Source: Spirochaetes bacterium GWE1_32_154 (lineage in GTDB: Bacteria; Spirochaetota; GWE2-31-10). From it: 64,000 nt of DNA. The translations under genes and the position numbers were made by a program. Within the stretch, counting starts at the first letter, position 1; each line of letters begins with the position of its first letter. The stretch spans positions 20,871 through 84,870 of the forward strand of contig MIAY01000010.1 in the NCBI GenBank assembly GCA_001829315.1, read 5' to 3'. The notes beneath the pieces were generated by a model, which had not been told where the DNA came from, did no database searches, and saw only the letters and a program-made list of their open reading frames with translations. Shown here one piece after another: positions 38,928-49,453 of the stretch.

Positions 38928-41534
38928 ATGAAGTATACATACACCGTCCTTATAACAGGATTTCTTCTTTTCATTGCCGGTTGCAGTGGTTCATATAATC
39001 AAGCTATATCGCCTCAGACTGAAAGTGTTACACTAACAGTAAGAACTGAAGATACATCCGGTTTATTAAAAACCATACTTCCTCTGGCACCGGTTTCGAT
39101 GACTTATACACTAACCGGTACGCCTTCGGGAGGAAATAACATAGTGCTTGGCACATTTACTACTCTTCCTGCAACTGTGCAGATAGCCCCCGGAACATGG
39201 GATCTAAATCTTGAAGCAAAAGATACTGTAACCGGTAAAATCGCATTTACTGATTCTAAAACTGCTCAGACGATTACGGTAAGCACAGGAATTGCATTTT
39301 CTCTGAAACCTGCCACTACAGGAATCGGTGATATGAAAATTACTCTTTCATGGGATGTCAGTAATACAGTAACACAGGCACTGGTAACGATCAATGATGT
39401 TAGTGCTGATTCGCAGCCGGTTATATCGGGGAATACAGTAACATACCAAAAGACAGGTCTCGTAAACGGCGGGTATCTTGTTTCATTCAGGCTTTTTAAT
39501 GCTTCCGGTTCATTTCTTACATCGTTTACGGAACTCGTGCGTGTCGTACCGAATCTTGTGACAGAAAAAACTATTGCACTTACTGCATTAACCGATTTTA
39601 ATAAGGCACCTCAAAATGTACCTGTTGGTTTAAACGTTTCGCTATCTCAATCTATGGATTCGAACTATGGGTCTGTGTATATAAGCTGGACAGATACGAA
39701 TACAAATGAAACCGGACATTCTATAGATGTTTATTCTGATGGAGTATATGTAGAAACTGTTACTGTTCAGGCAGGACAGAACTATTGGTACTATAGTGCT
39801 TTACGAAATACTGTATTTACCTGCACAGTGAGTGCCGGTAACAGCCTCGGACAAACTGCCTATACAGCTGTGTCTTCGGCGATTACCATACCATTATTAC
39901 ACTTGATAAATTTTCTGGCTCCCGATGCTACCGGTGGTTCAATGTCAACTCAGTATGCGGAAGAGGGACAGTCAGTATTTCTATACTATAACTCATTTAC
40001 GAGAACAGGGTACACTTTTTCCGGTTGGACTACAGTACCACAGGGAACTGTAGTTGAATACACAGATCAGCAGCAGATTACTATGGGTACTACTGATATG
40101 ACCTTTAATGCTGTTTGGGAACCGCAGACGTATACTATAACATACAATGACGACGGGGCAACAACACAAGTAAATCCCGCGACGCAAACTATAACCTTTC
40201 CTGCTACTATAGGAACATTTCCCGAAGTACCTGTAAAGACCGGATTTGAATTTGGTGGCTGGTGGACAGGTTCCGGTGGAACGGGTAGTGAGCACTTTAT
40301 TGACACTCCGGTGTATTCGGATATGATACTGTATGCAAAATGGATTTCGGTTGTGTATGTTTCGGAAAGCGGTAATGATACTAACAACGGAACTTCGGCT
40401 TCTCCTTATGCAACAGTTGAAAAGGCTTTTACTATGGTCGAAATCGGTGGAGAAGTTCGAATTGCCGGTGGTACCTATACAGTTGGTGCGGAACTTGTTC
40501 TTAAGAACGGTGTTACTGTACGCGGAGGATATGATAGTTTATGGAATTATATTCCGGCTGATTATTTAACTATACTTACCCGGAATGCTGCAGGTTCGTT
40601 GACGGGGATATCGGGCAGCAATCTGTATAGTACGATTACGATTGATTCTATCATACTTAATATTACCAGTTCGAGCGGTGATGCGGTTTATGGTGTTAAT
40701 CTAACGAACTGCTCACCGGTAAATATAAAGAATTGTAAAATAACTGTATCAACAAACAATAGCAATGCGTATGGTATTTCTGCAAGTAATAGTTTCAGCG
40801 GTGTTATAGAAAATAATACAATAACAGTTGCTTCAAGTCCACGGTATGCATATGGTATTTACTTTACCAACGGATCCAGTATGTATGTACGGATACATAA
40901 TAATATTATCATAGTTCCCAATGCCGGCAATTATGACAGCATAGGCGTTGCATGGTCAGGTGGAACAGGCTATACGCTGTATGTACGAAATAACCTGATT
41001 CGTTTCGGTACTGATAGCGCACCAAAAGGGTTTGCTGCAGGTATGGCATTTTACTCATCAGGAAATCCTACCGTTAATTTGTATTTTGATAATAATATAG
41101 CCTATTCCTCAAGTGCGACATCATCGGCACGATATGTTACAGGTAAAGGAGAAGGAGATTATCCTGCATTTGTCACAATTCAAAGTATGAAAAATAATAT
41201 TATGTTTAATGTTGATGGCTACACGTATGATAAGCAGACACCGGGAAATACGTATACTGCAATTAATAACCTTGAAACAGGTATAACTCCAGCGGGAACT
41301 GCATCGGGGAATCAGATTTACAACCTTCTTTCTGAGTCGCAGTTTGTTAATGAATCTCTTGGTGATTTTCATTGGACTGCAACCCCTAATGTAACTTACA
41401 TTGAAATGGGGCTTGACGGTTCTGACACCGGGCTCTACTGGGGTTTTGACTATGATATGGAAGGAAATCCGAGAACCGGTGATAGTATATCAGGGTGGTC
41501 TGTCGGTCCGTATGAGTCAGATTTTATGCCGTAA
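38928..41534 (+). CDS. Surface lipoprotein with FN3, InlB B-repeats, DUF1565-like and beta-helix domains
   Basis: Lipobox IAG-C; WTDTNTNETG; two B-repeats; VYVSESGNDTNNGTSASPYATV; NN-rich beta-helix; DMEGNPR...SVGPYE. Confidence 0.85.
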   Translation: MKYTYTVLITGFLLFIAGCSGSYNQAISPQTESVTLTVRTEDTSGLLKTILPLAPVSMTYTLTGTPSGGNNIVLGTFTTLPATVQIAPGTWDLNLEAKDTVTGKIAFTDSKTAQTITVSTGIAFSLKPATTGIGDMKITLSWDVSNTVTQALVTINDVSADSQPVISGNTVTYQKTGLVNGGYLVSFRLFNASGSFLTSFTELVRVVPNLVTEKTIALTALTDFNKAPQNVPVGLNVSLSQSMDSNYGSVYISWTDTNTNETGHSIDVYSDGVYVETVTVQAGQNYWYYSALRNTVFTCTVSAGNSLGQTAYTAVSSAITIPLLHLINFLAPDATGGSMSTQYAEEGQSVFLYYNSFTRTGYTFSGWTTVPQGTVVEYTDQQQITMGTTDMTFNAVWEPQTYTITYNDDGATTQVNPATQTITFPATIGTFPEVPVKTGFEFGGWWTGSGGTGSEHFIDTPVYSDMILYAKWISVVYVSESGNDTNNGTSASPYATVEKAFTMVEIGGEVRIAGGTYTVGAELVLKNGVTVRGGYDSLWNYIPADYLTILTRNAAGSLTGISGSNLYSTITIDSIILNITSSSGDAVYGVNLTNCSPVNIKNCKITVSTNNSNAYGISASNSFSGVIENNTITVASSPRYAYGIYFTNGSSMYVRIHNNIIIVPNAGNYDSIGVAWSGGTGYTLYVRNNLIRFGTDSAPKGFAAGMAFYSSGNPTVNLYFDNNIAYSSSATSSARYVTGKGEGDYPAFVTIQSMKNNIMFNVDGYTYDKQTPGNTYTAINNLETGITPAGTASGNQIYNLLSESQFVNESLGDFHWTATPNVTYIEMGLDGSDTGLYWGFDYDMEGNPRTGDSISGWSVGPYESDFMP

Positions 41535-41599
41535 CTAAGCTGATTTGCTATTTGCAATCACAGGTAAATACGGGTGTACGTTTTGAAGAAGGAGCTATT

Positions 41600-44500
41600 A
41601 TGAAATTATTTAATGTATTATGTATAGTAGCAGGAGTTCTTTTTTTCTCCTGTACGCAGGTAGAAGATATCGGGAAAACCACTGTCAGACCTGAGTCAGT
41701 TACAATAGAACTTTCTGCATCAGTCTATAATGAGCTGTTACAACCGCAGCAAACAGTCATGCCGGGTACACCTGTTATAGCAGGTTACGAACTGCTTGGT
41801 TCTATCTCGGGAGAACAAATATCGCTTGGTTTGTTTACTACATTAACAGGTGCTACTGTGACATTGACTGCCGGTACATGGAATTTTACCCTTCGGGCAA
41901 AAGACGGTGCGGGAGCTGTTGTGCTTGAAGGAGTTCTATCTTCAATCGCAGTCAGCACATCTGATAAAACACTTTCATTTGTTTTAAAACCGCTTGTTTC
42001 GGGGGTCGGGTCAGTTAATGTTGAACTTGTTCTTCCTGCAGGTCATACTATTACCTCAGTTGATACCGTTTTTAATGAAGCTGTTGTAACACCGGCAGTT
42101 GCTGTATCCGCTGGAAAAATAACTTTTTCAAAAACAGGTATTGCGACCGGTTCATATCTTCTTGTTTTCAAACTTAAAGAAGCTACCGGTGCTGTATCAG
42201 CAACGGTTACTGAAATCATACGTATTTATCCAAACCTCACAAGTATTAAAAGCATGACACTTACAACTGCAGATTTTAATGCACCTCCGGGTGCTGCACC
42301 ATCGTTACTCACGGTTACCGGCGGATCGGGAATTGATCCTGTTACTGTTCCGGCTGATTTTACCTGGGTGGATAACTCAAACAATGAAACAGGTTTTGAA
42401 CTGTACTGGTCTCATAATACAGGCAGTGGAACGATAACAATACCAGCTGCAACAACAAGCTATACAATGCAGGCTGTTCGCGGTAAAACCTATACACTTA
42501 AAATTCGTGCGCTTAATTCGTTCGGGTCTTCCGGGTATTCCAATGAATTATCAGGTATCGGTGTGCCGTGGCTTATAACCTATAATTCCATGGGGGGGAC
42601 TGCTGTTGCTGCGATGGATAGGCAAAATGGTCAGACCCTTACCGCACCCGATCCGGCACCGACTAAAGGTGATGATGTATTTCTCGGGTGGTACAGGGAA
42701 GAAAGTGGTACTACTGCCTGGATTTTCGGGGAAGAACCGGTTACCTCTTCAATGACCTTATATGCAAAGTGGGGTAGACTGATAGCAGGTTTTAATTTTG
42801 ATACTTTAGATGATACAAAACCATCCGAAGGGGATCAGGCTATATCATTAGTAATGACCGATATTACCTATTCCGAAGGAAGTCCCGGTACAACTAAATC
42901 ATTGGCATTTAATGGAATTACTTCAAAAATCCAAATAACAGGAGCAGATGGTTACACTGACAATGCCGCACCGTGGACTGTTGCAGCTTGGGTTAAGCCA
43001 CAAATGGGATCCGGTTCATATACACTTACTGCAGGTAGTGTAGACTGGCATGGCATTAGAGTCTGGCGTGATGCAGGTAACATTCAACGACCGGGGGTTA
43101 CTTGTAGTAATGGCGATATTACATCATTAACAGCTTCAATATCACCTGATATATGGACACATCTTGTGATGGCTAATGATGGAATAACTGTTAAGGTTTA
43201 TCTAAATGGTCAATATCACTCGGATATGCCTTCAGGGGCAGAAGCTTTGGGTTTACCGATTTCATGGATTGGTGCAAGCTATGGTGGTACTTCTGATTTT
43301 TTTAAAGGTTTAATGGATCAGCTCTATTTTTATGACATAGCATTAGATCAAAGTGGTGTTACTAATCTTTATAATAAGGTTTTTTCCGGTGGTAGCGGAA
43401 CCCAGATTGACCCTTTTATTGTTTCAACCGGTAAACAGTTAGATGCAGTACGATATTTTAGAGGTAAGTATTTTAGTCAGAGTGCCAATATCGATTTGAC
43501 AGGAATCGGTGTGTATGATCAAACCAATGGTGTTTACTTGTGGTCTTCGATTGGTAAAACCGGTTCTGAATTTACCGGAGGTTATAATGGTAATAATTAC
43601 TCTATAACAAATCTTTTAAATTCATATATTACTTCAGTTGATGTTGTTGGCGGTTTATTTGGTGTAATATCCGGTGCTGATTTACAAAATATTAATGTTA
43701 CGGGTGAGTTATCTATTGCTGAAAGTGTTATTGCAACCGGAATGCTTGCGGGTATTGTCGAAGGCGATTCTATGATTAGTAATTGTCAGGCACATGGAAC
43801 TATAAATAGTGGCATTGAAGATATTAATGTGATTATCGGGGGACTTGTCGGGAAAACTAATCATGCTACAATTTCCGACTCGCGATCAACGGTTGATATT
43901 GGTGGAAATGCCGGAATAGGTGGCGGGATTACCGGACATATGATATCAGGCTTGATTGAAAGATCTTTTTCAATCGGGACTGTTAATGTAATTGGAAATG
44001 CAGGTGGCCTTGTTGGTAAGATTGAACCAATGGTTGATACCGATAGTGTAATTATAACAAGAAGTTATTCAAAGGCATCAGCTAAAACGGGAGGGGTACA
44101 AGATTCAGCGAGTGGCGGGTTAGTCGGAAGAATTTATACAGAAGCAAGTGCAGCTATTAATATTAATAACAGCTATGCAAATGGAATAGTTGAATCTGGT
44201 TTTTACCCCGGTGGTCTTGTTGGAAGTGTTGGTTATGCTACCGGGACTCCAACGATAACAATTCAGAATTGTTATGCTGCAGGCCCGATAGGAGGCGTGG
44301 GTGTGCCCGGCGGTTTGATTTCAGTAGCAAGTGGAACTGAAACTACTCCTAATTGTTTTTATGACTCAGAAACTACAGGTGTAATTAGTGGAAATACTAC
44401 AGCCGAGATGATAACCCAGTCAACATTTTTAACATGGACATTTGGTGCGGGTAATTGGACGATAATTGAAGGTAGCTCATATCCATATTTTGACTGGCAG

Positions 44501-44968
44501 GGGACGGTAAATATCCCGAAACCAAACTATCCTTTCTGGGGTGATACATGGAGTGCGTCTGTGACCGGTGGAGATGTTAATTATACAGCAGAACAATCGG
44601 TGACCCCATCAACGAAAGAGTTGTATTTACAATATAATAATAATGGTCTTGATCCAGGTGCAGGTGTACCTGTACAGACATGGACTTATACCGCAACGGC
44701 GAGTAAAGACGGAACACTCAGATTCACTTGGGAATATAGCGGTTCTCATGCGTCTGTGGATGCAAATGCAACGCTTAAATATTTTGTGAATGGTGTATAT
44801 ACTGATTTAGTACCACAAACCGTAACGAATGGAGAATTTAATTTTTTATCAACTGGAACGGTTATCATAAATGTTGAGATCAATGATTCGTATGGTTTTC
44901 AGGTTATTGGTTCGAATGGTGATACTAATAGTACTCTTTCTGGAACTGTGAATATTATTTCTGAATGA
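41600..44968 (+). CDS. Surface lipoprotein with FN3, InlB B-repeat, LamG and GLUG-repeat domains
   Basis: Lipobox FFS-C after GGAG; WVDNSNNETG; LamG (WTVAAWVK, WTHLV, KVYLNG); GSGTQIDPF and multiple GGLVG repeats. Confidence 0.85.
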   Translation: MKLFNVLCIVAGVLFFSCTQVEDIGKTTVRPESVTIELSASVYNELLQPQQTVMPGTPVIAGYELLGSISGEQISLGLFTTLTGATVTLTAGTWNFTLRAKDGAGAVVLEGVLSSIAVSTSDKTLSFVLKPLVSGVGSVNVELVLPAGHTITSVDTVFNEAVVTPAVAVSAGKITFSKTGIATGSYLLVFKLKEATGAVSATVTEIIRIYPNLTSIKSMTLTTADFNAPPGAAPSLLTVTGGSGIDPVTVPADFTWVDNSNNETGFELYWSHNTGSGTITIPAATTSYTMQAVRGKTYTLKIRALNSFGSSGYSNELSGIGVPWLITYNSMGGTAVAAMDRQNGQTLTAPDPAPTKGDDVFLGWYREESGTTAWIFGEEPVTSSMTLYAKWGRLIAGFNFDTLDDTKPSEGDQAISLVMTDITYSEGSPGTTKSLAFNGITSKIQITGADGYTDNAAPWTVAAWVKPQMGSGSYTLTAGSVDWHGIRVWRDAGNIQRPGVTCSNGDITSLTASISPDIWTHLVMANDGITVKVYLNGQYHSDMPSGAEALGLPISWIGASYGGTSDFFKGLMDQLYFYDIALDQSGVTNLYNKVFSGGSGTQIDPFIVSTGKQLDAVRYFRGKYFSQSANIDLTGIGVYDQTNGVYLWSSIGKTGSEFTGGYNGNNYSITNLLNSYITSVDVVGGLFGVISGADLQNINVTGELSIAESVIATGMLAGIVEGDSMISNCQAHGTINSGIEDINVIIGGLVGKTNHATISDSRSTVDIGGNAGIGGGITGHMISGLIERSFSIGTVNVIGNAGGLVGKIEPMVDTDSVIITRSYSKASAKTGGVQDSASGGLVGRIYTEASAAININNSYANGIVESGFYPGGLVGSVGYATGTPTITIQNCYAAGPIGGVGVPGGLISVASGTETTPNCFYDSETTGVISGNTTAEMITQSTFLTWTFGAGNWTIIEGSSYPYFDWQGTVNIPKPNYPFWGDTWSASVTGGDVNYTAEQSVTPSTKELYLQYNNNGLDPGAGVPVQTWTYTATASKDGTLRFTWEYSGSHASVDANATLKYFVNGVYTDLVPQTVTNGEFNFLSTGTVIINVEINDSYGFQVIGSNGDTNSTLSGTVNIISE

Positions 44969-45000
44969 TCTGATGATGAGCCAGGTCGAAGAGTAATTGT

Positions 45001-45030
45001 ATAGGTGGCATTTTTTAATGTCACCTATTT
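45001..45030 (+). terminator. Terminator of the lipoprotein operon
   Basis: ataggtggcatt-tttt-aatgtcacctattt. Confidence 0.75.
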
Positions 45031-45057
45031 CAATTAATAGTTTTACATTGTGATTGA

Positions 45058-45124
45058 GCCATGGATACGGAAGACATGTGCGGATGACACTGATTTTTGA
45101 GGATTAGCACGGATTTGGAGGATG
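45058..45124. repeat. GGAT-periodic degenerate tandem repeat (related to the 15063 element)
   Basis: (G/T)GAT at 45063, 45082, 45091, 45101, 45111, 45120; contains gcacggat. Confidence 0.6.
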
Positions 45125-45265
45125 TTAATTTGTCTCAAATCGTTCACAAATAAACTTTTTTGTTGACATGGATTATAAAAAATACTATCAATGATTAAAT
45201 CATATTTTATTGTTCTCAAAAAACACAAAGAAAAAGTAAAAAAATATTTTAGGAAGCTTCATTTT

Positions 45266-46507
45266 ATGAATAATTTATTTTTTTATTTAATTCTTAACAT
45301 TACAATAACATCATTGGCTTCACTAATATTTATTTTTTTTATGATAAAGACTTTATTAATTAAAGAAAAAGAAGCGCCTCATTGGGTTTTTCTTGCTATT
45401 TGTTTTTTCTCATTATTCAGAATAACGAATTTTTATTTAATCATAATACCTGTTTTAAAAGAAAACGAATCTATTGGAATCTTGTTGTATCGCATACAAA
45501 CAGCTACCTTCTTTTTTTTACCTTCGTTAATAGCACATATGTTTTATTCGTTGCTATATAAAAATGATAAGAAAAAACTATTAATTATTTTATTTTTGTA
45601 TGTAATTTCATTGTGTTTTTACATTTCTGCATTGATTGGGTTTTATCCGACTGCAAGAGAACTTAAAATAGTTAACAATACAATTTATTTTATAAATAAC
45701 ACAACATCGTATATTTATAAATCAGTTATTATATTTTTTGTTTTTTCATATATTTTCTCTATCTATCTTATATTTAATTTTTCAAGAATCAAAATGACAG
45801 CGAAAGACAGGAAAATTATAAATATTATACAATGGGTTTATATTATAACATTTGGATATGGGTATATTATTCAGTTTTTTATTTCTTTAATGAGCCCGGC
45901 TTTTTTTTCATTAGCACCATATCTTCTTATCTTTTTATCAATTGTAATATATACTATATCTAAATATTATAACTTTTTAAAAATCTATAATACTCAACAA
46001 TTTTTTAATTTAGTTAATGAGAATTTTACAGTTACTTTTATAATAACTGATGAAAAAGGAATGATAATTAAATCAAATTTAAATACTATTGATAATATAA
46101 ATTATTACGGTAAAAGTATATATTCAATTTTCAATAATTCAGAGGTTGTTATTAAAACAATTTTAGAAGATGGAAAAATTGTAAAAAATCTGAATTTAAT
46201 ATCATTTAATCATGTAAATCAGATCGAGATATCATTTACGGTTGATATAAATCCTATAAGAGATAAATTTCAGGATATACTTGGACTTTTTTTAGTTCTA
46301 ACAGATTGTAGAATTTCATTAAGTTCTTTTTCAAAAAGAGAGCAGGATATTATTAATTATTTAACACAAGGGCTTTCATATAAAGAGATTGCGTATGAAT
46401 TAAATATTTCTTATAATACTGTTAATTCCCATGTAAAAAACATATATAAAAAAGCAAATGTTAATGATAGAAATGAATTGTTGGATTCAATAAACCACAT
46501 AAAATGA
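45266..46507 (+). CDS. Membrane-anchored one-component regulator (~7 TM, PAS-like, LuxR HTH)
   Basis: Several hydrophobic helices, then FSKREQDII..LTQGLSYKEIAYELNISYNTVNSHVKNIYKK; start uncertain (45191 or 45266). Confidence 0.85.
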   Translation: MNNLFFYLILNITITSLASLIFIFFMIKTLLIKEKEAPHWVFLAICFFSLFRITNFYLIIIPVLKENESIGILLYRIQTATFFFLPSLIAHMFYSLLYKNDKKKLLIILFLYVISLCFYISALIGFYPTARELKIVNNTIYFINNTTSYIYKSVIIFFVFSYIFSIYLIFNFSRIKMTAKDRKIINIIQWVYIITFGYGYIIQFFISLMSPAFFSLAPYLLIFLSIVIYTISKYYNFLKIYNTQQFFNLVNENFTVTFIITDEKGMIIKSNLNTIDNINYYGKSIYSIFNNSEVVIKTILEDGKIVKNLNLISFNHVNQIEISFTVDINPIRDKFQDILGLFLVLTDCRISLSSFSKREQDIINYLTQGLSYKEIAYELNISYNTVNSHVKNIYKKANVNDRNELLDSINHIK

Positions 46508-47991
46508 AAGATTTCCGGAGAAATATGCGAGTAGCATTATTTAATCATCCATTTAATGATTTTTATAAATCACCGTCACGAATGAGTAGCGGGATACTTT
46601 CATATCTTGCACATATGATCGGAAATTATGAGTCTATCTGTTTTGATGTTGTAAAACATATTGTTACCCCTATTGATTTGCCTGATGAGTTATCATATAT
46701 TGCACCGCACATATGTGATGATATAACTGATTATTCTTTTTTCAGGTCGTATTTCCGGTTTGGAGCGGTGCATAATTTTAATCATAAAGATTTTAAGGTT
46801 TTTTCTCCGGATGTGATTCTTATTACAACATTTGCGTTTTGTTACGCAGATGGCTTAAAAGATCAGATTGAATATCTGAGAAAGTTGTCGGGTGCAGTTA
46901 TTATTATTGGCGGTTCAGGCGTTTCGTCTAATCCACAGTGGTATATTGAAAATGTGAGATCTGATTTTTGTGTTGTCGGGCCGGCGGAGATTGTCTTGCC
47001 GGAATTGATTGAGAGGATTAATCGTGGGGTTGGTACTGAGGATTTGGTGAATGTTTTTAGTAGCGCACATATGTGCAAGGTTGATTTAAATAAAAATTAT
47101 AATTTTAAACCATACTATTCATTCAACAAAAGAAATAAAACTCTCCAACTTCAATTAACAAGAGGTTGTCCCAAAAAATGTCAGTATTGTTCTATCGGTT
47201 TAACTGCCGGTAATAAATTCAGAAAATCAAATCCTGATGACATTGAGAATGTTTTTAAACTGTTTCCAACAATAAAACGGGTAGATTTTGAAGATGATAA
47301 TCTTAGTTGTGATTCAAAGTATTTTTTTAATGTTTTGGATATTGTAAGGAAATATTGCCCCGATGCACTTATTAGTTTTGAAAATGGTATTGATTTCACA
47401 ACTTTAACTGATGATGTGCTTGAAAGGCTACAAAATTATACTATTTTGCAGTATAATATTTCCTTTACATCTGCTGAAAATAGTATTTTGGATACTCATC
47501 ATCGCGGGTATACAGTTGACCAGTTTGAAGTGTCTATAAGAAAAATTATTAAAACTGGCAAGCCGGTTATTGTCTATTTCATTGCCGGTCTTCCAGGTGA
47601 TACAGCGGGCAATATTTTTAATACTATTAAATATCTTTTTTCATTGGATGTTATTATTGGGATATCACCATTTTACGCAGTACCCGGCACAAAGGTCATT
47701 GAAAATATAAAGGAGAGTAATAAACCATTTATGACTTCAGCTATGTCTTTTAATGGATATGGCGTTATCAGTGAATTAGAGAAGATTACTTTTTTTATGC
47801 TGACACGATTTATTAATGCCATGAAGAAATCTAATAAAAATGAGTTTACTGTGCTTGGATTAAAGAAATCAATCGAAGAGAAAAAAATTATTGGTATTTT
47901 GAATGATGGTTCGACTTTTGAATATCAACTTGATAGTGGTTTAGTTAAACAATTTTTTGATGAAATTATTGGTGGTGTTTTGTATGAATAG
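46504..47991 (+). CDS. B12-binding-domain radical SAM protein
   Basis: PDVILITT, IIIGG, VVGPAE cobalamin-binding-type region; TRGCPKKCQYC; FEDDN; YFIAGLPG. Confidence 0.88.
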   Translation: MKDFRRNMRVALFNHPFNDFYKSPSRMSSGILSYLAHMIGNYESICFDVVKHIVTPIDLPDELSYIAPHICDDITDYSFFRSYFRFGAVHNFNHKDFKVFSPDVILITTFAFCYADGLKDQIEYLRKLSGAVIIIGGSGVSSNPQWYIENVRSDFCVVGPAEIVLPELIERINRGVGTEDLVNVFSSAHMCKVDLNKNYNFKPYYSFNKRNKTLQLQLTRGCPKKCQYCSIGLTAGNKFRKSNPDDIENVFKLFPTIKRVDFEDDNLSCDSKYFFNVLDIVRKYCPDALISFENGIDFTTLTDDVLERLQNYTILQYNISFTSAENSILDTHHRGYTVDQFEVSIRKIIKTGKPVIVYFIAGLPGDTAGNIFNTIKYLFSLDVIIGISPFYAVPGTKVIENIKESNKPFMTSAMSFNGYGVISELEKITFFMLTRFINAMKKSNKNEFTVLGLKKSIEEKKIIGILNDGSTFEYQLDSGLVKQFFDEIIGGVLYE

Positions 47992-48826
47992 TCTTGTTAG
48001 TGTTATTATTCCTGTATATAACAGAAGTGTTGAGTTAGTACGTGCTGTCAGGAGTGTCGTTTCACAATCATATACGAATTTAGAGATTTTAATCATTGAC
48101 GATGGTTCTGATAAACCTGTACGGGATATTGTTAGTTGTTTTGATGATTCGCGCATTATTATCCTGGAGAATAAAAAAAATATGGGGGTTAGTTTCTCTC
48201 GCAATGTTGGTATTAATTATTCAAAGGGGGATTATATTGCATTATTGGATAGTGATGATGAGTGGTTTTCTGATAAGATTGCGCGGCAGCTAGATTATTT
48301 TATTTCTCATCCGGTTCGAATTGTGCATACCGAAGAAATCTGGGTCAGAAATGGCGTTCGAGTTAATCAAGGGAAGCGGCATAAAAAAGAGGCTGGTGAT
48401 ATTTTTATCAGATCGTTGGATTTATGTCTTATTTCTCCCTCTTCGGTTATAATGCATCGGTCAATTTTTGATGAATTCGGGTTTTTTCGTGAAGATTTGC
48501 CGGTTTGTGAGGATTATGATCTGTGGCTCCGTATTACAGCACAGGAAAAGGTTGGTTTTATTGAAGAGCCTTTGATTTATAAATATGGCGGGCATGATGA
48601 TCAGTTGAGCCGGAAATTTCATTCAATGGATAAATATAGGGTTTTATCAATGATTGGTGTTTTGAAATCTTCTATTTTAAATGATGAGAAGAGGTCTGCA
48701 CTTATTGCTACAATTCAGGGGAAATGTTCAATTTTAATAAATGGTGCTACAAAACGGGAAAAATTTGATGAGGTTGATTTTTATTTAGATTTATTGAATG
48801 AAGTTAATGGTTTTTCCGGTATTTGA
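47984..48826 (+). CDS. Family 2 glycosyltransferase
   Basis: VSVIIPVYNR, IDDGS, GVSFSRNVG, LDSDD, CEDYDLWLR, KYGGHDDQLS. Confidence 0.92.
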   Translation: MNSLVSVIIPVYNRSVELVRAVRSVVSQSYTNLEILIIDDGSDKPVRDIVSCFDDSRIIILENKKNMGVSFSRNVGINYSKGDYIALLDSDDEWFSDKIARQLDYFISHPVRIVHTEEIWVRNGVRVNQGKRHKKEAGDIFIRSLDLCLISPSSVIMHRSIFDEFGFFREDLPVCEDYDLWLRITAQEKVGFIEEPLIYKYGGHDDQLSRKFHSMDKYRVLSMIGVLKSSILNDEKRSALIATIQGKCSILINGATKREKFDEVDFYLDLLNEVNGFSGI

Positions 48827-48902
48827 TAAGGTTTTTTTGAAAAATATTGAAATCTTATGGGGAGATAACAATTTTTTTGTATTTAATGGTATAGAGGTTG
48901 TT

Positions 48903-49391
48903 ATGATTAAACTACATAGATTTCATATGAAGATTGATAAAGAATTGTTGAAGGAAATAGATAAAAGAGCAATGATGATGTGCACTTCGAGATCGAAGTA
49001 CATTAATCATGTTTTAAGTGCAATGAAAGAGTTAACAAGTGAATTTGATCTTAATCCTGGAATTGGTGTTAAGACTGGGGATAGTTGTGACTTCGAGTAT
49101 GACATTTATGTTGAACTGAGGTTGGAGTTGTATAATAAACTTAGATATTTTCAATTTAGATTTGGTACTTTTAGTATTGCAACAGTTCTTAGAAGGATTT
49201 TGAGGTTTTATTTAATGAGGTATAAGAGATCTGTTGGGAAAATTATTAAGATGGTTAGGGAGTTTAATAGGTTTATTGTTGGTACTTATTTTGATAATGG
49301 ATCCCATATGTGCTATGGAAAACAAAGAACAGTTCGCAAAATCTATATTTGTCAAAATTACACCCTAAAAGTTATAGCCGGATTTCCATAG
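48903..49391 (+). CDS. Putative tandem ribbon-helix-helix DNA-binding protein
   Basis: MKIDKELLKEIDKRA...SRSKYINHVL CopG-like segment and a second YVEL...SIATVLRRIL segment; GAGG RBS. Confidence 0.55.
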   Translation: MIKLHRFHMKIDKELLKEIDKRAMMMCTSRSKYINHVLSAMKELTSEFDLNPGIGVKTGDSCDFEYDIYVELRLELYNKLRYFQFRFGTFSIATVLRRILRFYLMRYKRSVGKIIKMVREFNRFIVGTYFDNGSHMCYGKQRTVRKIYICQNYTLKVIAGFP

Positions 49392-49419
49392 AAGTATAAA
49401 TATAATAAATATGAAAGAA

Positions 49420-49446
49420 GTCCCGCAGAATACAATCCACGGGACA
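49420..49446. terminator. Hairpin between convergent genes
   Basis: gtcccg ... cgggac, with an A-tract on the PEPCK side. Confidence 0.5.
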
Positions 49447-49453
49447 TAAAAAA

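Noticed and set aside
36772-44968. Diversity-generating retroelement or invertase shufflon acting on the lipoproteins
   Set aside because: No reverse transcriptase, recombinase or adenine-specific TR/VR pair is visible in the window
45043-45228. Minus-strand 61-aa ORF
   Set aside because: It is a translation of the GGAT repeat (IRANPQKSVSS), with no RBS or family features
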